A stretch of 64,000 nt of DNA from NCBI GenBank assembly GCA_965249725.1, contig CBDFMQ010000002.1, forward strand, positions 2,112,001-2,176,000, given 5' to 3'. Made by a program: the position numbers and the translations under genes. The notes under the pieces are model-generated. The model ran no database searches. It saw nothing but the letters and a program-made list of their open reading frames with translations, and was not told the DNA's origin. This stretch comes from Longimicrobiales bacterium. GTDB lineage: Bacteria > Gemmatimonadota > Gemmatimonadetes > Longimicrobiales > Gaopeijiaceae. Positions 38,516-47,272 of this stretch are shown here, in pieces (position 1 is the stretch's first letter; every line of letters begins with the position of its first letter).

Positions 38516-40036
38516 ATGCAGAGGGTCGGCCTCATCCTAGGCCCGGCCCTGTTCCTCGTGACGAACCTCTACGACCTCGATCCCGGAAACCCTGAGGTCA
38601 CCCGCATGGCCGCCGTGGCCATTCTGATGGCCACCTGGTGGATTACAGAAGCGATCCCGCTGTTCGCGACGGCTCTACTTCCGTTGGTGCTCTACCCGTT
38701 CCTCGGGATCGCCCGGGGCGGCACCACGGCCCCCATCTACTTCAACAGCACCATCGTGCTGTTCTTGGGCGGGTTCATGATCGCCCTCACGATGGAGAAG
38801 TGGAATCTGCACCGGCGGATCGCCCTGAAGATCATTCGGACGATCGGCGGAGGCCCGTCTCGAATCGTGCTGGGGTTCATGGTGGCGGCGGGCTTCCTCT
38901 CCATGTGGATCTCCAATACGGCCACCGCAATCATGATGGTCCCCATCGGCCTCGCCATCATTCTCGAGATGGAAGAGGACTTCGGGGTGGAGGACACGCA
39001 CCCGTTTTCGGTCGGGGTCATGCTGGCCATCGGGTACGCGTGCTCGGTGGGCGGAATCGCGACGCTGGTGGGGACCCCACCCAACCTCTCCTTCGCTCGG
39101 ATCTTCGAGATCACCTTCCCGGACGCACCAACCATCTCCTTCGGCCAGTGGATCCTGGTGGGATTACCCATCTCGGTGACGATGCTGGTGATCGCCTGGC
39201 TCCTCATCACGAAGGTCTTTTTCCGCGTGCCGGAGCATGTCACCGTGGATCGGGAATTGGTCGATCGACAGGCGGCGGCGCTCGGACCCGTCGCCTACGA
39301 GGAGAAGGCCGTGCTCGTCGTCTTCGGACTCACCGCGTTCTTGTGGGTGTTCAGGATCCCCATCCAGCTCGGGTTCGTGACCATTCCGGGCTGGTCGCAG
39401 CTGATCCCGTTCCCGGAGTTGATCGACGACGGGACGGTGGCCATTACCATGGCGACCATCCTCTTCCTCATTCCGAGCCGCACACCCGGAGCCGCCTATT
39501 CGACGCTCGCGGGCAGGGATCTCATTCCCCGACTGCCCTGGAACATCGTGCTCTTGTTCGGCGGCGGTTTCGCTCTGGCCTATGGCTTCCAGGCGACTGG
39601 TCTATCGACGCTGATCGGGAATCAGTTCGCCGGGCTCGCCGGAGTCTCGCCCTTCATTCTGATCATCGTGGTCTGCCTGACGCTGACTTTCCTGACCGAA
39701 CTGACGTCGAACACCGCCACCACCGAGATGATTCTGCCGATCCTCGCGTCAGTGGCCGTAGCCACCAACGTCCATCCATTGCTGCTGATGATCCCAGCCA
39801 CCCTTTCGGCGTCCTGCGCCTTCATGATGCCCGTGGCGACTCCGCCCAACGCGATCATCTTCGGCAGTGACCGGGTCCGCATCCCCGAGATGGCACGCAT
39901 CGGCATCGTACTCAACCTGATTGGCGCCCTGGTGATCACGTTGATCTTCCTCTTCCTGGGAACCGCGATCTTCGGCATCGACGCAGGGGTCATGCCGGAG
40001 TGGGCGACACTGGGGACGGTGGGGACGGAGCCGTAG
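38516..40036 (+). CDS. SLC13/DASS-family sodium:dicarboxylate/sulfate symporter
   Basis: WWITEAIP, SMWISNTAT, GTPPN, TELTSNTAT, MPVATPPNAI; RBS GAGGAG. Confidence 0.93.
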   Translation: MQRVGLILGPALFLVTNLYDLDPGNPEVTRMAAVAILMATWWITEAIPLFATALLPLVLYPFLGIARGGTTAPIYFNSTIVLFLGGFMIALTMEKWNLHRRIALKIIRTIGGGPSRIVLGFMVAAGFLSMWISNTATAIMMVPIGLAIILEMEEDFGVEDTHPFSVGVMLAIGYACSVGGIATLVGTPPNLSFARIFEITFPDAPTISFGQWILVGLPISVTMLVIAWLLITKVFFRVPEHVTVDRELVDRQAAALGPVAYEEKAVLVVFGLTAFLWVFRIPIQLGFVTIPGWSQLIPFPELIDDGTVAITMATILFLIPSRTPGAAYSTLAGRDLIPRLPWNIVLLFGGGFALAYGFQATGLSTLIGNQFAGLAGVSPFILIIVVCLTLTFLTELTSNTATTEMILPILASVAVATNVHPLLLMIPATLSASCAFMMPVATPPNAIIFGSDRVRIPEMARIGIVLNLIGALVITLIFLFLGTAIFGIDAGVMPEWATLGTVGTEP

Positions 40037-40043
40037 GAGGCCC

Positions 40044-42344
40044 CTACCTCGGCCAGCCAGGCACCATAACCGGAGCCGTGACCGGCGCTCCCGCCGCTAT
40101 GCCCACCTGCCCCGACGTGTTGAGACCCCAGCAGTAGATCTCTCCGAGACCGTTGAGCCCGCACGTGTGATCTCCGAGGCCGGGCAACAGAAGGGAGATA
40201 GCGTGCTGTGAGCCGGGAGCAAGCAGGAACGGCGCCGACTGGTTGACCATAGAGCCGATCCCCAACTCTCCGGATGCATTCAGACCCCAGCAGTAGGTGA
40301 GGCCTCCGACGAGGCCACAAGTGTGTCCGCCTCCCGCCTCGATGCTGGTGAACGTGAGACCGCCCAATACGAGCAGAGGAGTCGGGTTGGCTTGCGGTAC
40401 GGCACCGCCCGCGCCGAGTGAGCCGCTGATGTCCTCGCCCCAGCAGTAGCCCGCCCCCGCTTGGGTAACGCCACAAGAGTAGCCGGCCCCGGCGGAGACC
40501 TCGGAGAAGAGCAGTCCGCCCGTAACCGCAACGGGCACCGTACGAGTGATCAGAGTGCCGAGTCCGAGCTGTCCTTGGTCGTTGAGACCCCAGCAGTAAG
40601 CGACGCCGGCGAGCGTGATCGCGCACGAGTGATCCTGTCCGGTACTGATCTCCTGGAAGGACAGTCCGGCCACTGCTACCGGAGAAGTAGCGTCGGTCAA
40701 CCCGGCGTTGCCCAACTGGCCACTGCCCCCTTCGCCCCAACAATACGCCGCCCCGGTGCCGTCGAGCGCGCACGTGTGGGACGCCCCGGCGCTGATCGCC
40801 ACGAAGTGGAGGTTGGTGGTCACCCTGGTCGGGGTGGAACGTGTGATGTTCGTGCCGTCGCCGAGTTGGCCACTGGTGTTCAGCCCCCAGCAGTAGGCCT
40901 CCCCACTGCTGGTGAGGCCGCAACCGTGCTCGCCCCCGGCCGACACCCTTACGAGCGTGACGCCGCCGATGAGTAGCGGTAGGGACGAGAAGGCCGGGCC
41001 CGCACCCAACTGTTGGTTGAGGTTGTTGCCCCAGCAATACCAGGACCCATCGGTCCCGGCCCGTGCACAATTGTGGTTCGTGCCCACGGTAAGGGAGGCA
41101 CCAAGCCCTACCTGAACGAACCCCGTCGCCGTAAACGTCACATCAGGCACCCCCGCCGTCGACACGGTGACTGTGGTCGTACCCGCACCGGCCGGTAGCG
41201 TCAGCACGACGCTGACCAAGCCCTCGCTGTCGGTTCCGAGCGACGCGGCGCTCAACGAGCCCGCACTCGAGGCGAAGGCAACCAGCGTCAACGGAACCGG
41301 ATTGCCCGAGGCGTCCAGCACCCGGGCAATCAACGGGAACGGAAGGGCGGTCGAGCTCGGCGCCACCTGCAGGTCCCCTGAGACCTTCTCGATGGTAGTA
41401 GGCACACCGGCGATCGCGGTGGCTGTGAAGGTTGCCTCCAGACCGAGGGCCGTCACCGAGGCGGTGACCGTGACCAGCCCGACCGTTGCCGGCAGGGTCA
41501 GCGTCGTACTGGCGAGGCCATTCTCGTCCGTAGTTCCAGTCATGGTGCTCAAGGAGCCGGCCGAGGTCGAGAACTCAACCTCCTGCCCCACGGTCGCATT
41601 GCCCAGAGCGTCCTCGAGCTTGATGACCATCGGGAGGCCGAGCGTCGCCAGGACCACTCCAGTCTGGGAATCACCGGAGACCTTCGCGATGCTGGCAGCA
41701 GGCCCTGCTATTGCGGTCGCAGTGAAGTCGACGCTGAACTGCGCGATCGTCGCCCGCAGGCGCTGCGCGCCCAGCAGGGTGCCCAGCACCCACTCGACAC
41801 TCGCTGTTCCATCCTGTCCCGTGGTCGCCGTAGACACGACGGATCCGCCCCCACCCGTGACCCCAAACTGTACGATCCGGTTCGGAACAGGGCTCCCCAA
41901 CGCGTCGGTCAACAACACCGTGGGTCGCTCCGGCAGGGCCGATTCCACAACGCCGGTCTGACCGTCACCGCCCGACTCTACGAGCGCCACGGCCGCTCGA
42001 TCCACCTGCAGCCCCACCGATCCGCTCGCCCCACCGGCAGACGCCGAGATGATGGCGGTGCCATGCCCTTTAGCGGTGATGAGCCCCGTGCTGCTCACCT
42101 CCGCGACCGGCGCATTGCTGGAAGACCAGGCAACCGCCTGCCCCGCCATGACGTTCCCGTTCTGGTCGCGAACCTCGGCCGAGGCCTGGGTAGTCTCACC
42201 CACCGCGGCCAGAATGACCTTGGAGGGGATGACGCTGATGGAGGTGGGGGTCAGAGGGGTCACTCCCCCACCGCTGCCGTCGCTCTTACAGCCCACCACC
42301 AGCAGGAGCATCGCTGTGGCATCGACCTGGTTGGAGCGTGTCAT
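40044..42344 (-). CDS. Surface lipoprotein with Ig-like (Big_2/Big_1, invasin-type) domains and an RCC1/BLIP-II-like propeller
   Basis: VVGC lipobox; WSSSNAPVAEVSSTG; repeated KVSGD.Q units; seven YCWG..GQLG-type repeats. Confidence 0.85.
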   Translation of the reverse strand: MTRSNQVDATAMLLLVVGCKSDGSGGGVTPLTPTSISVIPSKVILAAVGETTQASAEVRDQNGNVMAGQAVAWSSSNAPVAEVSSTGLITAKGHGTAIISASAGGASGSVGLQVDRAAVALVESGGDGQTGVVESALPERPTVLLTDALGSPVPNRIVQFGVTGGGGSVVSTATTGQDGTASVEWVLGTLLGAQRLRATIAQFSVDFTATAIAGPAASIAKVSGDSQTGVVLATLGLPMVIKLEDALGNATVGQEVEFSTSAGSLSTMTGTTDENGLASTTLTLPATVGLVTVTASVTALGLEATFTATAIAGVPTTIEKVSGDLQVAPSSTALPFPLIARVLDASGNPVPLTLVAFASSAGSLSAASLGTDSEGLVSVVLTLPAGAGTTTVTVSTAGVPDVTFTATGFVQVGLGASLTVGTNHNCARAGTDGSWYCWGNNLNQQLGAGPAFSSLPLLIGGVTLVRVSAGGEHGCGLTSSGEAYCWGLNTSGQLGDGTNITRSTPTRVTTNLHFVAISAGASHTCALDGTGAAYCWGEGGSGQLGNAGLTDATSPVAVAGLSFQEISTGQDHSCAITLAGVAYCWGLNDQGQLGLGTLITRTVPVAVTGGLLFSEVSAGAGYSCGVTQAGAGYCWGEDISGSLGAGGAVPQANPTPLLVLGGLTFTSIEAGGGHTCGLVGGLTYCWGLNASGELGIGSMVNQSAPFLLAPGSQHAISLLLPGLGDHTCGLNGLGEIYCWGLNTSGQVGIAAGAPVTAPVMVPGWPR

Positions 42345-42358
42345 CCTACCGAGCCGGA

Positions 42359-43612
42359 TCACGGATCCAGTCGCAGCTCCCTGAAGTCGTCCCACTGCAC
42401 CTCGTGGACGCTACCATCTGCCGCGCGGACCGTGATCCCACGGTTGCCCGGGTTCACATCGTTGCTGCCGGACAGGTGAAACGTACGGCCATCGACCAAC
42501 ACGACTTCGGCGCTGTAGCCCTTCTTGGAGATGGACGCGATCTGGCTGAATTCGACGTCGAAGTCGATCCCCTTGTAGTCGCCGTTCAACATCTCCCAGG
42601 TGTACTCCTCGTCGTTGTCCCACCGGATGTCCCCGGTGAGATCTTCACCCGATTCGGTCAATACGGAGCCGTGAATCAGGCGGCCCCCATCGAACTCGTC
42701 GTACCTGGTCTCGGTTGGTGCTCTCTCGAAACGCACGGCCGCGAAGTCCTTCCACTCGACCATCACCTGGCCCAGCGACGGATCGGAAACGGAGATGCCT
42801 CTGTTGCTCCGGTCGACGTCGTTGGAGTCCCTGAGGATCATCTCTTCACCGCTCTGCATGATCACACGGCTCGCCCGTGAACTCTCACGGCTTATCGAGG
42901 CGATCTCGCCGAAAGCGATCTCACGGCGAACTCGATCCTCGTCATCACCATCGAGGATGTCGGTGGTGAAGATCTCGTCCACGTCCCACGCCACGTATCC
43001 AGTGAACTCGAGCCCGGCCCGCGTCACCAGAGTCCCGTACAGTAGCTCGCCCTGCGGGATGATCCCGTCGGGCGCAGCCATGAACTCCACCGCCTCGAGG
43101 TCACTCCATTCGAGCTCCGCGACACCCAGCCGTGGGTCATCGACCACCAGGGCACGGAGCCCACGCCCGAGATCCGTCCGGCGGCCTCCGAGCTCTTGCT
43201 CCTGTCCGGACTTGAGCGTGAACAGGGCCGAGCGTGAGTTCAAGACATCGATACGCTTGATGTGCCCGAAGCGGATGCCCGAAATCGCGGAACGACGCCC
43301 CTTTCGGTCGACGTCGAGCAGATCCGCCCAGCCGCCCTCATTCTGATCCCAACGGATGTAGCCCTCGAATTCCTGGCCCGACCGCGTGGTGACGTTGCCG
43401 TAAAGGCGACTGTCCAGGGCCGGTCCCTCCAATCGTTCTTCAACAACCGGAGTCGACACTGAGACATCGCTTGGAACCGTCACAGTGTAGGTGTGGTGTT
43501 GGTGGGGAGCCGCCCTCGCCAAAATCGCCATGGTAAAGGCAACGCTCAGGAGACCGGCACCGGCGATGACCGATAGGTTCTTGGCGTCTTCGTTGCGCGT
43601 CGGTGCTCTCAT
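42359..43612 (-). CDS. Hypothetical exported/membrane-anchored protein with three internal repeats
   Basis: N-terminal hydrophobic segment; LYGNVTTRSGQEFEGYIRWD / LYGTLVTRAGLEFTGYVAWD / IHGSVLTESGEDLTGDIRWD. Confidence 0.75.
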   Translation of the reverse strand: MRAPTRNEDAKNLSVIAGAGLLSVAFTMAILARAAPHQHHTYTVTVPSDVSVSTPVVEERLEGPALDSRLYGNVTTRSGQEFEGYIRWDQNEGGWADLLDVDRKGRRSAISGIRFGHIKRIDVLNSRSALFTLKSGQEQELGGRRTDLGRGLRALVVDDPRLGVAELEWSDLEAVEFMAAPDGIIPQGELLYGTLVTRAGLEFTGYVAWDVDEIFTTDILDGDDEDRVRREIAFGEIASISRESSRASRVIMQSGEEMILRDSNDVDRSNRGISVSDPSLGQVMVEWKDFAAVRFERAPTETRYDEFDGGRLIHGSVLTESGEDLTGDIRWDNDEEYTWEMLNGDYKGIDFDVEFSQIASISKKGYSAEVVLVDGRTFHLSGSNDVNPGNRGITVRAADGSVHEVQWDDFRELRLDP

Positions 43613-43687
43613 TTTCTCCCCCCATCCAGGATCACGAAGCTCTTCTCCAGGCTAATATCGTACTGGCCAGAACGCGAGCGAGTTCCT

Positions 43688-44920
43688 CTAGGCCCAACCC
43701 CCCGTCACCTCGAGCAGACGATCGATCTCCTCGTCGGTGTTGAAGAGCGCGACACCCGCTCGGAGTTGGGCGCCCTCCTCCCGGACGCTCACCAGAATGG
43801 AAGCCTCCTCGAGGGTGCGGCGCACCATGGCGGGATCGTGCCCGTGCTCGAACGTGACGATGGCGGACCGGTTGCCTCGGGGGGTCAGTACGTCGTGCCC
43901 CTGAGCCCGGAGGCCTTCGTTCAGCCGATTGGCGATGGCCACGGTGTGCCGCTCGATGTTGTGGACACCCACCCGGAGGAGGTAGTCGAGCGCGGCGCTG
44001 AGCTGGAAGACCGCCCCGAACGCCATCGTGGCGTACCCGTACTTCTTCGCGTCTTCATGGAGTCGGAAGCGATGGCCACCCAGATTCTCGGCCGACTGAA
44101 GTGATCCGAATCGATCGACCGTCACCATGTCGAGGAGCTCTTCCTTGACGTAGAAGGGCGCCACACCGAAGCCTCCGAGCAGCCACTTGTACGTACCAGC
44201 GGTGAAGAAGTCGATCCCGGTATCTCGGACGTCGAGATCCAGCATCCCGACCCCCTGAATGGCATCGGCATACAGGTACGCACCCCGCGCGTGGGCGATC
44301 TCGGCCAACGCCTTCAGGTCATGGTGGTATCCGTTCACATGCGAGACCCAGGATACCGAAACGAGCTTGGTGCGCACGTCCACCTTCTCCGCAAACGCCT
44401 CCGGCGGGGCCGCGCCATCACGGTTCTGCACCGTCCGCACCTCGATCCCTTTGGTCTCCCGCAGGTGCTGGTACAGGATGTAAGTGGTGTCGTAGTGGAG
44501 GTCGTCCACGACGACGTTGTCACCGGGTTGCAGATCGAGAGCGTTCGTGACGATGTTCTCACCGTCACTCGTCGAGAACAGAACACCGATTTCCGACTCC
44601 GAGGCGCCGACGATCTGCGCATACTTGCTCCGCATGGCGTTGGTTTCACCGAGCATGGCTCCAAGGCTCACGGGGTCGCGGGCCTTCCGCTCGGCAAATG
44701 CCTGCGCGGCCTCGACGGCCTGTCGGGGAGACGGCGTGATGTAGGCGGAGTTCAGGTAGATGCCCTCTTCTACGACAGGAAAGTCCTGCCGGACTCCAAG
44801 GGGGTCTTGCTGCAGACCTAGGCGGTCCTGCTGCAGGGCTGCAACCGTCCCGGGCTTGAGCCCGCTGACCGCAGCGGCGGCGGAAACGCTACCGAGAAAT
44901 GCGCGACGCGTGAGATCCAC
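43688..44920 (-). CDS. Tat-exported class V PLP-dependent enzyme (cysteine desulfurase/isopenicillin N epimerase-like fold)
   Basis: TRRAFL signal; YLNSA, DAIQGVG, AGTYKWLLG (PLP lysine); GGAGG RBS before GTG. Confidence 0.85.
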   Translation of the reverse strand: MDLTRRAFLGSVSAAAAVSGLKPGTVAALQQDRLGLQQDPLGVRQDFPVVEEGIYLNSAYITPSPRQAVEAAQAFAERKARDPVSLGAMLGETNAMRSKYAQIVGASESEIGVLFSTSDGENIVTNALDLQPGDNVVVDDLHYDTTYILYQHLRETKGIEVRTVQNRDGAAPPEAFAEKVDVRTKLVSVSWVSHVNGYHHDLKALAEIAHARGAYLYADAIQGVGMLDLDVRDTGIDFFTAGTYKWLLGGFGVAPFYVKEELLDMVTVDRFGSLQSAENLGGHRFRLHEDAKKYGYATMAFGAVFQLSAALDYLLRVGVHNIERHTVAIANRLNEGLRAQGHDVLTPRGNRSAIVTFEHGHDPAMVRRTLEEASILVSVREEGAQLRAGVALFNTDEEIDRLLEVTGGWA

Positions 44921-44959
44921 TTTGCTACCTCCGAGATGTGACCGACGGCCCACTGCGGT

Positions 44960-47215
44960 TTACATGAGCCGCAGCTGCCTCGAGTACTTTACGATGAACG
45001 AACGGTTCATCGGTCCCGTGAGGCTCGTCAGTCCATGGGACTCCTGCGCCTCGTTGTATACCACATACAGGCCCGTACCCGCCGTGTCCAGCCAGCCGAA
45101 GCGGGCGTTGACCGACCAGACGTCAGCCTGATCGGAATACTGTAGGAGTGTCTGAAGGAAGATCCGCGGCGTGAAAAAGTAGCCGACCTTGAAGCTCGTC
45201 AGCGTCGTCTCGAAGTCACCCTCGTCCAGCCGGATGATGTTGTGATCCACCTTGAGGTCGGCCGTAATATTCTGGCCCTGCCGGTATGTGATCGTGGCGT
45301 CACCACCGTAGCGCATTCCCGAGAAGAACTGGCCGGTACGCAGCACCGTCCGAAAGGACAGCTTATCCGACGGGTCGGTCCTCACCTCGAACCCCGGAAT
45401 GAAGTCCCTGTAGGTCCCGACCGGGATGACGATGCCGGGAGCAATCTCGAACGGTTCGTTGAGCCCCTCACTCGTGAAATTGAACTCGGGACCGAACAGC
45501 CCTCCCCCTTCGGTGACGAACTCGGGATCGATGTGGAAGTACCCGGACGAAAGAGTTCCGTCGAGATCCCAATGATACCGCGAGTTGACGTGGGGCGAGA
45601 ACTCACGGATCCAACCCACAGAAGGCATCCGGAAGGCCTTCCGAATGTTCGCATCGAAGTAGCGGTAGGCCACTCGGCTGGTGAACCCCACTTCCGGGTT
45701 GAAGTCCTTGCCGACCGCCCGGTACTGCACGCTCGTGCTGAAGTCCCGAATCTCATACAGCAGGTTGATGTTCATCGCGCCGTCGCTGCCGTCCAACCCA
45801 GGCGTCTCGGTCTTGGCGAGCCAAGCGTCTACGGTCCACCGATCCCCGATACCGAGGCGCCCGTCCACCGCATAGGTGCGGTTGTAGTCATCCCCGTCAT
45901 GGGTCGCGCGACGCTGCACGAACATCGCTCCGGCCCGCGAGCGGTTGGGCAGCTCACGAGTCACCCGGGCGACGGAGAAAGAGTTCTGGCGCACGCCGGA
46001 CTCGATGTCCTCATCGAGTCCATCCGTGAAGATCTGCACGAATCCGATGCCCAGGCCCTGCACTTTACCACTTAGTCGGCCACCCCCGAGGATGGGTACG
46101 GCGTTCCCCCCGGGGGAGATTCCGACCTTCCGGCTGAAGAAGAGGTCCACCGCCCGCGGAGTGCCCATGGCGAAGGTACCGGCGTTTTCGAGAAAGAACG
46201 GACGCTTTTCCGGGAAGAACAGGGGAAAGCGGGTAAGGTTGGTCCTCCGCTCGTCCACCTCTACCTGAGCGAAGTCAGTATTGGTCGTGAGGTCGAGCGT
46301 CAGAGACGGGGTCAACGTGATCTTGGCGTCAACGCCGATGTCGCCGGTATTGTCCGTTTCGCCCGAGCCGCTCACATAGTCTCGCTCCGCGGAGCCCGAC
46401 ACATATGGGGTCACGGTCGCCGCTCGCTGGACGGGCACCGGCACTCCCGATAGGTCACCTGCGAGGGAGAGACGCATCAGGTTGTACTGACGAGGAATCG
46501 GAGCCCAGAAAGACTCCTCGTTCCGCCGCCGGATGCGCCGCACCATGTTGAAGCCCCACGTCTGGACCGATCCTCCCGCGTATCGCAGCGTCGAGAAAGG
46601 AATGCGAAACTCGGCGTACCAGCCCTCCCCGTTCCGGGAGGTCGCGACTTCCCAACTGGCATCCCAGTTGAGGTTGAAGCCCCCCGACGACCCGGTCTGC
46701 TGTCGGCCACCACCACCCGGCACCCGCCCGCCCCCGACGCCTTCCGTTACCACCTGCCCGTCATACTCGATGGCCGATGGCGTGGTTGCGAAGATGAACC
46801 CGTTCTGACGGTCTCTATAGGTGTCTAGGATGATGCCGAAGTGGTCGGCCACCTGGATGTTCGCATCCCTAAGCCGTTCCCCCGTGACGATGTCATCCGG
46901 GCTCCGATCATAGAGCCAGGCACCGACATAGAGTGCCTCGGCGTCTGCGAGGATACGGACCTCGGTACGCTCCGAAACCGGTTCACCCTCTACCGGCTCG
47001 CGCTGAAAGAAGTCCATAATGGGCGCCCCGAGCGCCCAGGCTTCGTCGTCCAGCCGCCCATCGATCATCGGGGGCGCCGTGGTGATCCGGGTCACATAAG
47101 CCATCGGCCCACCGTCGCCTCCGGCGCCCTGCTGGGCAAAGACGGCGATCGGGGCCGTGACGGCTCCGAGAGTCAGAAGAAAGGCAATGCAAATCAGGCG
47201 AAATCGCGAGTTCAT
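44960..47215 (-). CDS. CBM9-like plus DUF5916 outer-membrane barrel protein, paralog 2
   Basis: Signal peptide; PMIDGRLDDEAW, GWYAEFRIPFSTLRY, NTDFAQVEVD, FFPEKRPFFLEN. Confidence 0.85.
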   Translation of the reverse strand: MNSRFRLICIAFLLTLGAVTAPIAVFAQQGAGGDGGPMAYVTRITTAPPMIDGRLDDEAWALGAPIMDFFQREPVEGEPVSERTEVRILADAEALYVGAWLYDRSPDDIVTGERLRDANIQVADHFGIILDTYRDRQNGFIFATTPSAIEYDGQVVTEGVGGGRVPGGGGRQQTGSSGGFNLNWDASWEVATSRNGEGWYAEFRIPFSTLRYAGGSVQTWGFNMVRRIRRRNEESFWAPIPRQYNLMRLSLAGDLSGVPVPVQRAATVTPYVSGSAERDYVSGSGETDNTGDIGVDAKITLTPSLTLDLTTNTDFAQVEVDERRTNLTRFPLFFPEKRPFFLENAGTFAMGTPRAVDLFFSRKVGISPGGNAVPILGGGRLSGKVQGLGIGFVQIFTDGLDEDIESGVRQNSFSVARVTRELPNRSRAGAMFVQRRATHDGDDYNRTYAVDGRLGIGDRWTVDAWLAKTETPGLDGSDGAMNINLLYEIRDFSTSVQYRAVGKDFNPEVGFTSRVAYRYFDANIRKAFRMPSVGWIREFSPHVNSRYHWDLDGTLSSGYFHIDPEFVTEGGGLFGPEFNFTSEGLNEPFEIAPGIVIPVGTYRDFIPGFEVRTDPSDKLSFRTVLRTGQFFSGMRYGGDATITYRQGQNITADLKVDHNIIRLDEGDFETTLTSFKVGYFFTPRIFLQTLLQYSDQADVWSVNARFGWLDTAGTGLYVVYNEAQESHGLTSLTGPMNRSFIVKYSRQLRLM

Positions 47216-47272
47216 ATAGGAAGCAGACTCCGAAATGATGGCGGTAGAAAAGGGGGGATGGGAATCGGGATT

